A stretch of DNA of 62,951 nucleotides, the filler included, from Octopus bimaculoides (lineage: Eukaryota), in the NCBI RefSeq assembly GCF_001194135.2. It is 6 parts of 4 records of this genome, joined end to end, with 100 filler letters (N's around TTAATTAATTAA, not from the genome) between each part and the next. Parts side by side here need not be neighbours in the genome. Positions count along the whole stretch, not along the records: positions 9,207 to 23,765 come from NC_068988.1; positions 23,866 to 43,547 come from NC_068983.1; 4 more parts are not named here. The stretch is one strand, 5' to 3'. Made by a program: the position numbers and the translations under genes. Below, one piece after another: positions 12,349 through 24,065 of the stretch (its first letter is position 1; each line of letters starts with the position of its first letter). The notes below the pieces were generated by a model. It did not search any database. It saw only the letters and a list, made by a program, of their open reading frames with translations, and was not told where the DNA came from.

Positions 12349-13988
12349 TTGAATTCACTTTACATAAATAAGTTCAAAAGGATGCAACATATATAATTAC
12401 ATTTAAATATACCTTACTACAAAAACATACTATATTTTATTTGATATCCTATTTCCCATCAAAACTATAAGATACCCTTTTCAATCGATAACGTAAATTA
12501 TCTGAGACTTCAACTTTATGATTTACGCTAAAAGTTTTTTACCGTTTTGCTTTTACAGCGGAGCAGAAAGGAATATATTTCCAAGATACGAGATGTTAGG
12601 CTTTTTAACTATTCAGACAGCAACAGACTCTTAAGTATAGTGCTTCAATATGAACTAGAGTTTGAAACCGCATTTCATTGTCTCCATTTATTTTATAAAT
12701 ACCACTGAATATTTAATTGTACATTTTCCAATATATGAATCTTTAAATGTTAGTACACATTTAAATTCTATGACTTATTTTGATTCCAGAATACATGACT
12801 TTAGTATCAAATAAATAATTTAAGAGACTTTATATATCTTTTGAAGGAATTCCTAGGTTATCTAGTACAGAATTTAAATACAACATTTAATTGCTTCTGT
12901 TCACGTACACAAACTCTGAATATTGACTTTTTTCTAATGTAAATGACTGGTGTTTCAAATAAATGCTGAATCTACATCAAACAAAATTCTCTAGCCTAGA
13001 TACATCAGATTGGGTCGTTTCTTACAACAGCCATATGTCTCTCAATATTAACATTCGGATAATGGCATTGTTATCTCATGTTTACTTAAGTAGGTCTGTT
13101 TTTGTTTTTCATATTTTTTACTTTAGGTTTATCTTGTTTTCTATATAAATAAAATAAACGTTGACGCTAAATAGTTGGTCGACTATTTGTACATATATAT
13201 ACACATATATTTATGTGTGTGTATATGTATGTATATTTACGTCTGTGTGTGTGTGCATGTGTGTGTATGTATGCATATATTAGTTTAAGGCTAGACTTGA
13301 TTAATGAAAGCTGTCCTGAACTCGAACATAATTTCCTGTCTAAATTATAGAATGTACACTCATGAATGCTGGAGATTACAAGATAATTTATAGCAGTGTT
13401 AAATGGATCTCCGACTCGATTACGAATCCCAATACCAAGCTAATAAATTAGAAATGTTTTTGAAGAATATAGTCCTGAAATATCAACCATCCTATGATTC
13501 TGAAAGGATTTAGAGTGTTAATGCCCAAAATAAGGAATTCAGAAATGGAGTAATTGCATTCTATATCATTATCATATGTTATTGAAAATAACGATCATAT
13601 TGCTTTTCGATGTTGACTCCGTAATAAACAGTCTATTACCTCCAACAACTGCTTCTAAGGATCATGCATAATTTAAATATGAAAATGAACGTTTATCTAA
13701 CTAAAATTTAAGTGAGATCTGGAATATAACATAACGGCTTACATAATGAGCAGTGAATCTGTGGGAGAAAATGAGGGTTTGCATTCGTTAGAAACCATCA
13801 TTGGATTTATATCTTTTCAAAGTGCAAATACGAAAGAGATAATCTGGAATATACCATAAAAAATATCTAGCTGGAATGGAGGACAAAAATAAATATTTAA
13901 CGTGCATCAAATTACATTCGCGTACATTGTTAGTAATCTTAATAAATTACAATAACATACACAATTGGCATGCAGCTAATATCGTATA

Positions 13989-14033
<45 letters not shown>

Positions 14034-15174
14034 ATAACATCTCACTTTCTCTCTCTCTCGCTCTCTCTCTCTCTCTATATATATATATAAATATATATTA
14101 TATATATACATATATATACACACACCCACCCATACATATGTATGTGAATATACATATATTCACACACACATGAACACATGTACGCGCGCGCGCACGCACA
14201 CGCACGCACACGCACACACATACATATATGTCTTATGCACACTCTTACTTCTACATTCACATATATACACTTCCGTGGGATCAGTTCGTCGTTCATGCAA
14301 TTTTCCGGTTTCGTAGTTTAATGCTTTTTGTTATCACTTGAAATCCTGTGGAGATCAAATTAGACTTTGAACGCTGGGGATGATCGATAAAATATATAAC
14401 AATAATCCTGTTTGGCTTAGAGTTTGAATGAGAAGTAACATCCACCACTCAATTGCCGATAAATAGTTAGCGCCAAACTATCTAGTCCCTGGCCAGATGT
14501 CATTCAAGTTCTATTGAAAACGTTACACTTCACTGACAATACTAATACCCCTTGGAAAGGCATGTTTGTCATATCACCAAGCTGGCCGTATCATATAAAT
14601 AACGTTTAATCGCACAATCGGGCGAAAGAGACACCGCTTCAATTCATCTGGAATCCCACTGCTCTCTCATTGAGACTAGAAGCATAATTCTGTTTCTATT
14701 AAATGCGTGGAGAAGATAACAAACATTTTGTAATATAGAAATTAAAACAAAACAGTTATTTGTTTTTTATATATTTCTGTATATATTTACCTATTTATTA
14801 TAGATAGTCTATTTAAATATTCTCAATATTGTTTTGAAAACATGATACGCTATTTTGTTTTCTTATATAGTTGATAATCAGAAGATTTACGTTGGGCTTA
14901 CTATCATCACGTGATATAAAGCTTTGAAGCGAAACATTCATATGGCGGAACATTTGTATCAAAACACGTTAATACATTATTTTAAATTAAACAAAATGCC
15001 CGAGGTGGGGGCCATCGGTCATACACCAATAATTACTAGATACTTTTAAAGTATTTATATTTATAGACCCCTGGATAATGTAGCGCAAAATCCCCGTCTA
15101 TGCCATTTGGGTGTAGAATGCATAGGAGATCAAAATGTATCGAGGTTATAATATTAACTGAATACATTGATTTC

Positions 15175-15390
15175 AAATTCTGTCACAATCCCAGCAATAT
15201 TGGAGCACCGGGTAAGTTAACTACATCCACGCCAGTATTCAACTGGTACTTAATTTACTGAGATGGAAAGGATGCAAAATAATATCAGTCTCGCTGAATC
15301 TGAACACAGAAACTTTAGTCGGACGAAATGCCGCTAATCACTATACATAACACGGGAAACATTGTGCTGACTCACCGCCTTATTAACTGA
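15175..15390 (-). mobile_element. SINE family C, degenerate
   Basis: Reverse complement resembles 45722-45918. Confidence 0.65.
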
Positions 15391-15485
15391 TTATATTAAC
15401 GTGTTTAAATGCTTTTATTCTACATATTAGTCAATATGTTTACCAGATATATATGCATATATATATATATATATGCATGTGTATG

Positions 15486-15523
<38 letters not shown>

Positions 15524-15789
15524 CACACATATATGTATATATGTATAAACAGTTATGTATACGTATATATATACATACATACATATATACATACATATAT
15601 ATNNNNNNNNNNNNNNNNNNNNNNNNNNNNNNNNNNNNNNNNNNNNNNNNNNNNNNNNNNNNNNNNNNNNNNNNNNNNNNNNNNNNNNNNNNNNNNNNNN
15701 NNNNNNNNNNNNNNNNNNNNNNNNNNNNNNNNNNNATGTATGTATGTATGTATGTATGTACGTATACATAACTGTTTATACACGAATAT

Positions 15790-17110
15790 ATATCAAATCA
15801 ACACTAAATGATATAAACCGTAACATTCAATTCACAATGGAATATAGCAAAGAACAGCTCCCATTTGGGGGGGGGGGATATTATGAATAAAAAAAGTAAA
15901 GAACTAAATTATAACTGACATCTATCATAAACCAACGGACTCGAAGCAATATTTCCTTTTTACCTCATGTCACGAGAAGCACATCAAAATAAATATCCCC
16001 TTTAATTTGCCAAAAAGGATTTGCACAAAAATGTCTGATAGAACTACTCGGTACCTTCGTTTTCAAGACCTCATAACAACACTAACTGAAAGACAATATC
16101 CATCCTCACTTATAGACAATGGAATTAAGCATGCCAAGAAATTAAACATAAAAGCACTTACGACAACAAAACATAACACCACACCACATCTCAAAACTCT
16201 ACTGTATATTTCAACAGGCAACCCTAGAAACAATGAGCCATACAAGACTATTATGAAAAATCCTCCTTGACTAACTAGAGACACAAAAATTAAGCAACGT
16301 TTAGAAAGCACATACGTTCATCAAATGCAAAAAGCAACACAAATCGCTAAAGAGACTGCTAACAAATGCGAAGCTTTGCACAACAGCCCCGAAACCAACG
16401 GTTAAGAAATGTGAACACCCAAACTGTGGAATTTGCACCAACCTACATGAAGGCTCGGATTTCCTTTTCAAGCAATGAAAGAGGTTTACAATTAAAACCA
16501 ACTTCACTTACGCTTCTGAGAATCGAATATATGCAATAAGCTGCTCGAGTTGTGGACATCGCTATATAGGACAGACGAGTATGACATTGAGACGGGGAAC
16601 CACTTTACATAACGTGCAGATCCAGTCCCCGCAATATAGACAGATTCCTTTAAGTGAACACATAGAGAGATGTGCAGGTAACATCAAACGAAATTTCACA
16701 GTTTTGCCCTTCTACCAGTGCAAAGGTACAATGTCTATACAAGAACGTTTAAATAAAGAAAATTTATTCATTGAAAAATACAGAACACGTCTAAATATGA
16801 ACGCATAACCAACTTTGATCTCTATACATATTTTAATTCATGAGTACATATTTCTCCCCACTGCTGTAGTTTGAATTTTTCTGCATATATATTTCCTCCT
16901 CAGCACCACACACACCGACAGATGAAAAGTCATCTCCTCTGTTCATAATGCTAAAGGTAGCCAATTACCTCACCTTAGATTTTTCTACTTGTTGAATCAT
17001 CTGTTCGTAAAATCCATACACAACATTGACAAAACAATTTTATTAAGAAAATACGTATTTAAATAAATGTTGATGTCGTGACTAGCGAACACGAAACCGG
17101 TCAACAAAAA
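15790..17110 (+). mobile_element. Penelope-like retroelement fragment: RT thumb plus GIY-YIG endonuclease and 3' pseudo-LTR
   Basis: INRNIQFTME..LPF, DIYHKPTDSKQYF..TSCH..NIPFNL..RIC, C..PNCGIC, IYAISCSSCGHRYIGQT..ERLNKENLFIEKYRT..LN. Confidence 0.88.
17068..17106 (+). ncRNA. Degenerate hammerhead motif (CUGA lost)
   Basis: UGUU-[GAUGUC]-GUG..CAC-GAAA-CCG-GUC-AACA: stems I and II, palindrome ACCGGU and GUC site kept; CUGANGA broken. Confidence 0.5.
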
Positions 17111-17216
17111 CAATATAAAATATATAAAATAATATATTACAACTATGTAAAGTGTGTGCATTTTCCTTATTTAATNNNNNNNNNNNNNNNNNNNNNNNNN
17201 NNNNNNNNNNNNNNNN

Positions 17217-17690
17217 NTCTGGAAAATGCATATTTGGCCCGGTGATTACATCTTGGAATTTTCTCATCACGTTTATTCACTAGATTTTCATTACTCAGTA
17301 GAATACTCTGTGCTTCCTCAAGGCAAATATCACATTTGCCGGATAGTGAAGTACATGGATGCGTGCAAGTTTTACATTGATTAGAAAGACCCAGTATTGG
17401 ATGTATATAATTTGAGATCTGCACATAATGTTGTTGCTGTTGTTATGAGGTATGGTCTTGGTGGTGGTCTTATCGCTGTTGTTGTTCATATTCTTCCAGC
17501 TGTTTACTTTTGCATGAACCCTTATACAACAGACAACACCTATCAATGAAGTCGTTTGATGACCATCACGGCTGTTTCGCACGCTAATTTACGATGATTT
17601 AACACATTTTTAATGTCTTACAAGTCGAGAATACAAAAGAAGCTAAACTTGACTAATATTTCTAGCATCTCCAGCGGTTGCCTACCCCGG
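17217..17690 (-). mobile_element. Penelope-like element 3' fragment
   Basis: Minus translation SGKCDICLEEAQSILLSNENLVNKRDEKIPRCNHRAKY matches the PLE C-terminal KC.LCL.E..LNKR.E..C.HR.K motif. Confidence 0.75.
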
Positions 17691-18249
17691 TTCTTGTTTC
17701 ATTTAATCGCTTGTGAATTCATTCCCGGTTCAGTTATTGGATAACAGAGACAAAAGCCGACAAGAATAGAATTTCAAAATTTATTTATACATTTTTAAAC
17801 AATTATAAAGCCTGAAATTATTAAAGTGCTAGAAAAATATTATTGATCAAAGGCAAGTAATTGTTCGAAAATTAATTACATCAAAGTGGAAATATGCAGA
17901 TTGCATACATTAAACAGATTTTTGTTGCTTTGTGTACCTATTTATCTTCACCACCACAAAACCTATGGATAATATAAACACGCAAAGACTAACGAAATAA
18001 TCACATACACAAAACTGTGTGATTGTCCGTTCATAGTAACATTTTCTTAGTGAGATGAATACACGCATAGCAACAAAAGAAACAAATGACTAAATATATG
18101 TAAATATACTTGTGTGTGTGGTTGTGTGTATATGCGTGTGTATGGCTGAAACTTCGAAGTCACTGTCGATAATATTTTTGCTTTAGAATAATGAATGAGT
18201 ACTATACAAATGTAGAGAGAAATTCAAGGATTAATACAAAATTGTTTAT

Positions 18250-18466
18250 AGGCGCAGCCGTGGCTGTGTGTTAAGTAGTTTGGTTCCCAGCCACATGGTT
18301 CCGGGTTCAGTCCTACTGTGTGGCATGTTGGCCAAGTATTTCTACTATAGCCTAGCGCCGACTAAAGCCTAGTGACTTACAAAGAATAAGTCCTGGGTCG
18401 ATTTGTTCGACTAAAAACGGTGCTCCAGCATTGGCCGATTCAAATGTCTGAAACAAGTAAAAGAAT
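18250..18466 (+). mobile_element. SINE family A with internal deletion
   Basis: Head joined directly to distal body. Confidence 0.75.
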
Positions 18467-18476
18467 ACACACATAA

Positions 18477-18520
<44 letters not shown>

Positions 18521-18566
18521 TAAATCTCTATATATAAACGCACANNNNNNNNNNNNNNNNNNNNNN

Positions 18567-18601
<35 letters not shown>

Positions 18602-18861
18602 AATATAAATCTCTATATATAAACGCACACAAACATGTAATCAGATACACACACATATACATATATATGTATATAGTTATTTACAGGTTTATATTTATCT
18701 AGAAATTTAGACACAGTCGCAATCGTAAACGTAACTGTTTTTATGTATGTATCTGAGCATCGCAAAAGTGTATCGAATGCAAAATCTAGCATTTTGCAAA
18801 TGGGGAATAACGTAACTCTGAGATTTCATTGTAAATTATTGGATTCAAATATTTGAACAAG

Positions 18862-19012
18862 GCCAGCTATTTCGAGGCAGGAGCTGAGTCGACTAAATCA
18901 GCCTCAGTGCTCAACAGGGACTTATAAAATCAGGACGTAATATCGGACGAAATGCCCATCAGATTTGTTTTCTTTGTTCCGGTGTACTAACGATTCTGGA
19001 ATGCAGCCGCCT
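18862..19012 (-). mobile_element. SINE family C fragment
   Basis: Similarity to 56040-56270 and 57105-57290. Confidence 0.55.
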
Positions 19013-19269
19013 TATTCTATAGTAAAATATTAACAATTTCACTTACGAAATCACGTACCTAGTTGTAACAGAGAAGTCTACCTCAGAATCAGAAATTGCC
19101 ATTTTGGAATCAGTCATATATGTACGTGTGTGTGTGTTTATATGCATGACACCNNNNNNNNNNNNNNNNNNNNNNNNNNNNNNNNNNNNNNNNNNNNNNN
19201 NNNNNNNNNNNNNNNNNNNNNNNNNNNNNNNNNNNNNNNNNNNNNNNNNNNNNNNNNNNNNNNNNNNNN

Positions 19270-19317
<48 letters not shown>

Positions 19318-19329
19318 TATGTATGCATG

Positions 19330-19590
19330 TATGTATGTATGTATTCGTAATTGATGGTTGTTTTTGTGTTGTTTCTTTCTTTTTTTCTCTCTTTCCTGAA
19401 AAATAACGCAAAGTGCTGAAGACCAAATTTCATGATGGACGTCGAACCTGAATCGCTGTCCGTTGCATTTACAATCTTTACCACGAGGATACTAGAGTTT
19501 ATTAAGTCACCATAACAATAGTTTTGATCACTGCAACATATGGCGTAACAGCCACACTCAAAGAAATTTGCATTTTCTTTTATTTTGCGC
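19330..19590 (-). CDS. Candidate exon encoding Cys-rich segment followed by hydrophobic and basic tail (unknown family)
   Basis: ttttcaag| acceptor; open frame RKIKENANFFECGCYAICCSDQNYCYGDLINSSILVVKIVNATDSDSGSTSIMKFGLQHFALFFRKERKK. Confidence 0.4.
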
Positions 19591-22515
19591 CTTGAAAATT
19601 TGTATAATTATATAATTTCCTATGAAACTATAATTGTGTAACTGGTGCTAAAACGAATACATTGCCGAAAAATTAATCACGACGTGTTAATCATTTGTAA
19701 CATTGTCATGAAGTTGTGTTTGACAGAAGTAAAGGTAGCAGAGTAAATCACCTCGATATGTGTTTTTAATTAATTAGTATATATGAATGAATGAAATTCT
19801 GAAATACCTGCCGATGGAAAATAAAGTCATTTAACAATAATGAATCATACAGTTATAGGTATACATTTATTAGAGATCATCAAGAAAGATTCTACTTATT
19901 TACCCAAATTTAAATATTCAAATTTACTATTTCGGACGCCAAGTTCATCGATCTAAATACTTATATGTTCGTTTTCTATCAATAAGCTGTTGCCATTATC
20001 ATGCTTTCTCTATTGAAATGAAATGTTAATTATAATGATAAAATAGATAGTTCTGAGAGTTGCCTGTTAGATGAGGAAATAACATTGCCAAAGCAATATC
20101 TTCATAAATATATTGACTTCAATGAGGTCATAGTATGACAGTAAGTAGACGAATGAATCTAAAAATAACGTAATAAAATAAATTAATTAGAAAACCTTTT
20201 GAAGATCACCGGGGAAATATCCGTTCTCGTCTGTCTGTTATTATTGTTCAGCCTTTGTCTTCTGTAGAATTTCGCCAATATCTAACGCTTGTCCTTCATT
20301 ATAATATATACTGGATAATCAAACGACACATAGGCACACATTTCTGTAGGTATTCGTATTTACGTCTAAACACACACACACACATATGTATGTATAAATA
20401 TATATNNNNNNNNNNNNNNNATAAACATACATTGCAAGCATACATGTGTATATATACATATATAGATATGTGTATATACATATATATACGTATATATATA
20501 CACATGCATACCATACGCACACACACATATATATATACATATATACACATACACATACACATATATATATGTGTGTGCGTATATATAAATATATATATAT
20601 ATATACATATGTATATGACTATGTATACAACTATATATGTACGTATGTATATGCATTCACACATATATGCGTATGTATACCGATATATACATTTGTATAT
20701 CTGTATATATACTCACCCTATTACACACATTCACTGTCGTTGAGTTAGGCGTTGCATTGCGAAGGATGTAATAAAATAGTGTTTAGAGAAGAACTTGTAA
20801 CAAATAGATATTAATATTGGCAGAACACCTAAGATGATATCTTATGTATATTACAGATTTTTGTTACAATTCAGCAAACAGTGTATATATTCAAATATAC
20901 TCCTAATAATAAAATTCCGTTACTTTGAATATTACTACATGATTTGTTAGTAAATATACATATGTATGCATGCAAACGTGCGTACATGCGGGTGTTTGTC
21001 CGCGCATGATTTTTCGAGCAAATTGGTAGAAAAAGATGTGTTAGCAAATTGGTAGAAAAAGATGCATTTAAAAATTATTTCAGATTCCTTACCTGCCTGA
21101 AATACCGTACAAAAAGTAGATTTATATGTTGCCTTGGGTTGCAAAGAGACAGGTTGCAATCTTGTTTAATGATGCGTTTAATGATACACGAACAGCGTTT
21201 GTAAGGTATTGCAATGTAATATGTATATATTCTTCTATAAATTTATTATGGGGTATTAAAGCTAATGTGGAACATTTTAGGAAGCTCAATAACACATTGG
21301 ATATTAAGACGTTTGCATGCGTATAGCTATTCTCCGTAATATACGAATCTAGATTTAGATTCGTAGGACCTGACGTAGATTTACTGTACACTTCGTGTTT
21401 ATTGGAAAATGTAAACACACAAACACACACACATTCACCCCTTACGGCGAAGTCTTTGCTGCCTGTGATAAGATATAATGGAGATACAAGAAACAATAGG
21501 AAAATAAAGGTGACAGAAGTAATTAAAAGTTGTAAGAAATAAATCCTTCAATCATAGGCACGAGGTCCAAAGGTTAGAGAAAGGGGTATAGTCGATTACA
21601 TCTACAATAGTGGTTAACTGGTACCTATTTCAGGGACCCCGCATGGATAAAATACAAAACTGGGGTCTATTCTGTTTGGCTGCACAAGTGGAACATTTAA
21701 AGGTTTTTTAAAATGTTAATATTTTGTGTAACTATCCACTCTGAATCTCAAGAAATACTTCACTTTTTCCAGAATTATTTTGTTTTTTATTTAAGTTAGA
21801 GAGTTTTTAACTTTGATAATTTTTACCCAGTCAGAAAATATGATTAGGAATTTGTCATTTTGTTCGTGGCAGCACATGTTGTCAACTGTAAGCAAATGAA
21901 ATATCGTGGGAAATCCGCTTTATGGACACCCCACCCACCGAAAGAAAAAAGGTTTCTTGTGTGATTGAAGGCTGTTACTTTTAATATATCTCACACTGCA
22001 TGTGTTTTAATCATTTGATAAGCGACAAAAAGAACACACGGTGAAAGCCTTGTTAACGACATGGTTTGTTACTATGGAATAAAGGCACGTATATGCCAGT
22101 TGCTTTCGACTGGCTAAAATTGCACAAAATTTGCAACATTTAACACCTATTAACTCATTGTTTATTTATGGCGAAAATTAATTTCATGTCAACGTTTACT
22201 TTACAATACTACCCCGATACATCAAATATGAAATCATTTGAAACAAAAACTTCTGTAATTGTAAAGTGAAATCCAAACAACAGATCCCAAAATTGACCTC
22301 GGTGGTAAATGAACGTTCAATGTGAAGACGGATGAAATGGCGTTCTACTAACTCGACCAGTTCTCTACTCTAAATCTATGAAATTTTGGACAGGGATTTT
22401 TGCGATTAAATTGGCTTTAGCAAGCAATTAATAATTATTGTATCGACCTATTTTATGTACACATACACATATACACACGCATATACACATAAAAATATAT
22501 CTATCTATCAATCAA

Positions 22516-22546
<31 letters not shown>

Positions 22547-23765
22547 NNNNNNNNNNNNNNNNNNNNNNNNNNNNNNNNNNNNNNNNNNNNNNNNNNNNNN
22601 NNNNNNNNNNNNNNNNNNNNNNNNNNNNNNNNNNNNNNNNNNNNNNNNNNNNNNNNNNNNNNNNNNNNNNNNNNNNNNNNNNNNNNNNNNNNNNNNNNNN
22701 NNNNNNNNNNNNNNNNNNNNNNNNNNNNNNNNNNNNNNNNNNNNNNNNNNNNNNNNNNNNNNNNNNNNNNNNNNNNNNNNNNNNNNNNNNNNNNNNNNNN
22801 NNNNNNNNNNNNNNNNNNNNNNNNNNNNNNNNNNNNNNNNNNNNNNNNNNNNNNNNNNNNNNNNNNNNNNNNNNNNNNNNNNNNNNNNNNNNNNNNNNNN
22901 NNNNNNNNNNNNNNNNNNNNNNNNNNNNNNNNNNNNNNNNNNNNNNNNNNNNNNNNNNNNNNNNNNNNNNNNNNNNNNNNNNNNNNNNNNNNNNNNNNNN
23001 NNNNNNNNNNNNNAACCTAGCTTGATATTAACATATAGGCAGGAAGACATACACTAGCAGGAAGACATACACTAGAAAATGGGTAGCAATGCAGGCACGG
23101 CCCCTTTATCAAAACTAATAGAAGTGTCTATGCGTATAGGTATATGTATATGTGTGTGCACATGTAGATGCACCTACATGTTGTTGTCGTTGGTATTGTT
23201 CTTGTTGCCGTTGGTCTTCTATTACTAGGGAAACTCCTCCTGTGTGTATGCGCATGCATATCCATTTGCTTGTGAGTGCACGCGTGGATGTGTGTACGTG
23301 CGTGTGCGTATGTGGATGTGGATATCTATATGGATGTGTGTACATATGTATGTATATATATGTATATATATGTATGTGTGTATATATGTGTATGGGTATA
23401 TGTGTGGGTATATGTATATGTGGGGGTGTATGCATGTATGAGTATGTGTGCGTGTGTGTACATCTATTTGTGTGTGTATGTGTGGGGGTGTGTATTTATG
23501 TATGTGTATATGTATAGGTGAGTATGTAGGTAGGTATCTAGTTGTGTACATACGGATGTAATGATAGTTGGCCACACAGTTGTGTATGTATGAATAAGTA
23601 TGGGTATATGTTTGGGGACATAATGTGTATAAGGATGTATATATGGATATGTACAGATGAGAATGTATTTATCCTCATTGTTACTGTTGTGGCTATAGAA
23701 TTAAGAGATGTGTGGCTGCGCGCATACATATGTATGTACATACACGCACGCATGAGAGTGAGTAC

Positions 23766-23865
23766 NNNNNNNNNNNNNNNNNNNNNNNNNNNNNNNNNNN
23801 NNNNNNNNNTTAATTAATTAANNNNNNNNNNNNNNNNNNNNNNNNNNNNNNNNNNNNNNNNNNNN
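23766..23865. other. Artificial scaffold spacer
   Basis: N44-TTAATTAATTAA-N44. Confidence 0.95.
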
Positions 23866-23944
23866 ATATATTTTGTTACAAGATTATTCACCAGAAAAAA
23901 TCCTCATGTAAATTGAATCTTTATTCATCTCTGTAGTTATAATC

Positions 23945-24065
23945 TCAAGGCAAGCTGGCAGAATTGTTAGCACTCTGGGCAAAATGCTTAGCAGCATTTC
24001 ATCTGTCTTTAGGTTCTGAGTTCAAATTCTGCCGAGCTTGACTTTGCCATTCATTCTTCCAGGGT
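23945..24065 (+). mobile_element. SINE family C, 5' part (interrupted by RTE; resumes at about 26004-26100)
   Basis: Ends ..ttcattcttccagggtc; the family sequence continues ataaatta.. at 26004. Confidence 0.7.

Noticed and set aside
19430-19490. VNATDSDSG resembles a cadherin calcium-binding motif (octopus protocadherin expansion)
   Set aside because: No DxNDN, LDRE or other cadherin-repeat features nearby; context is Cys-rich instead.
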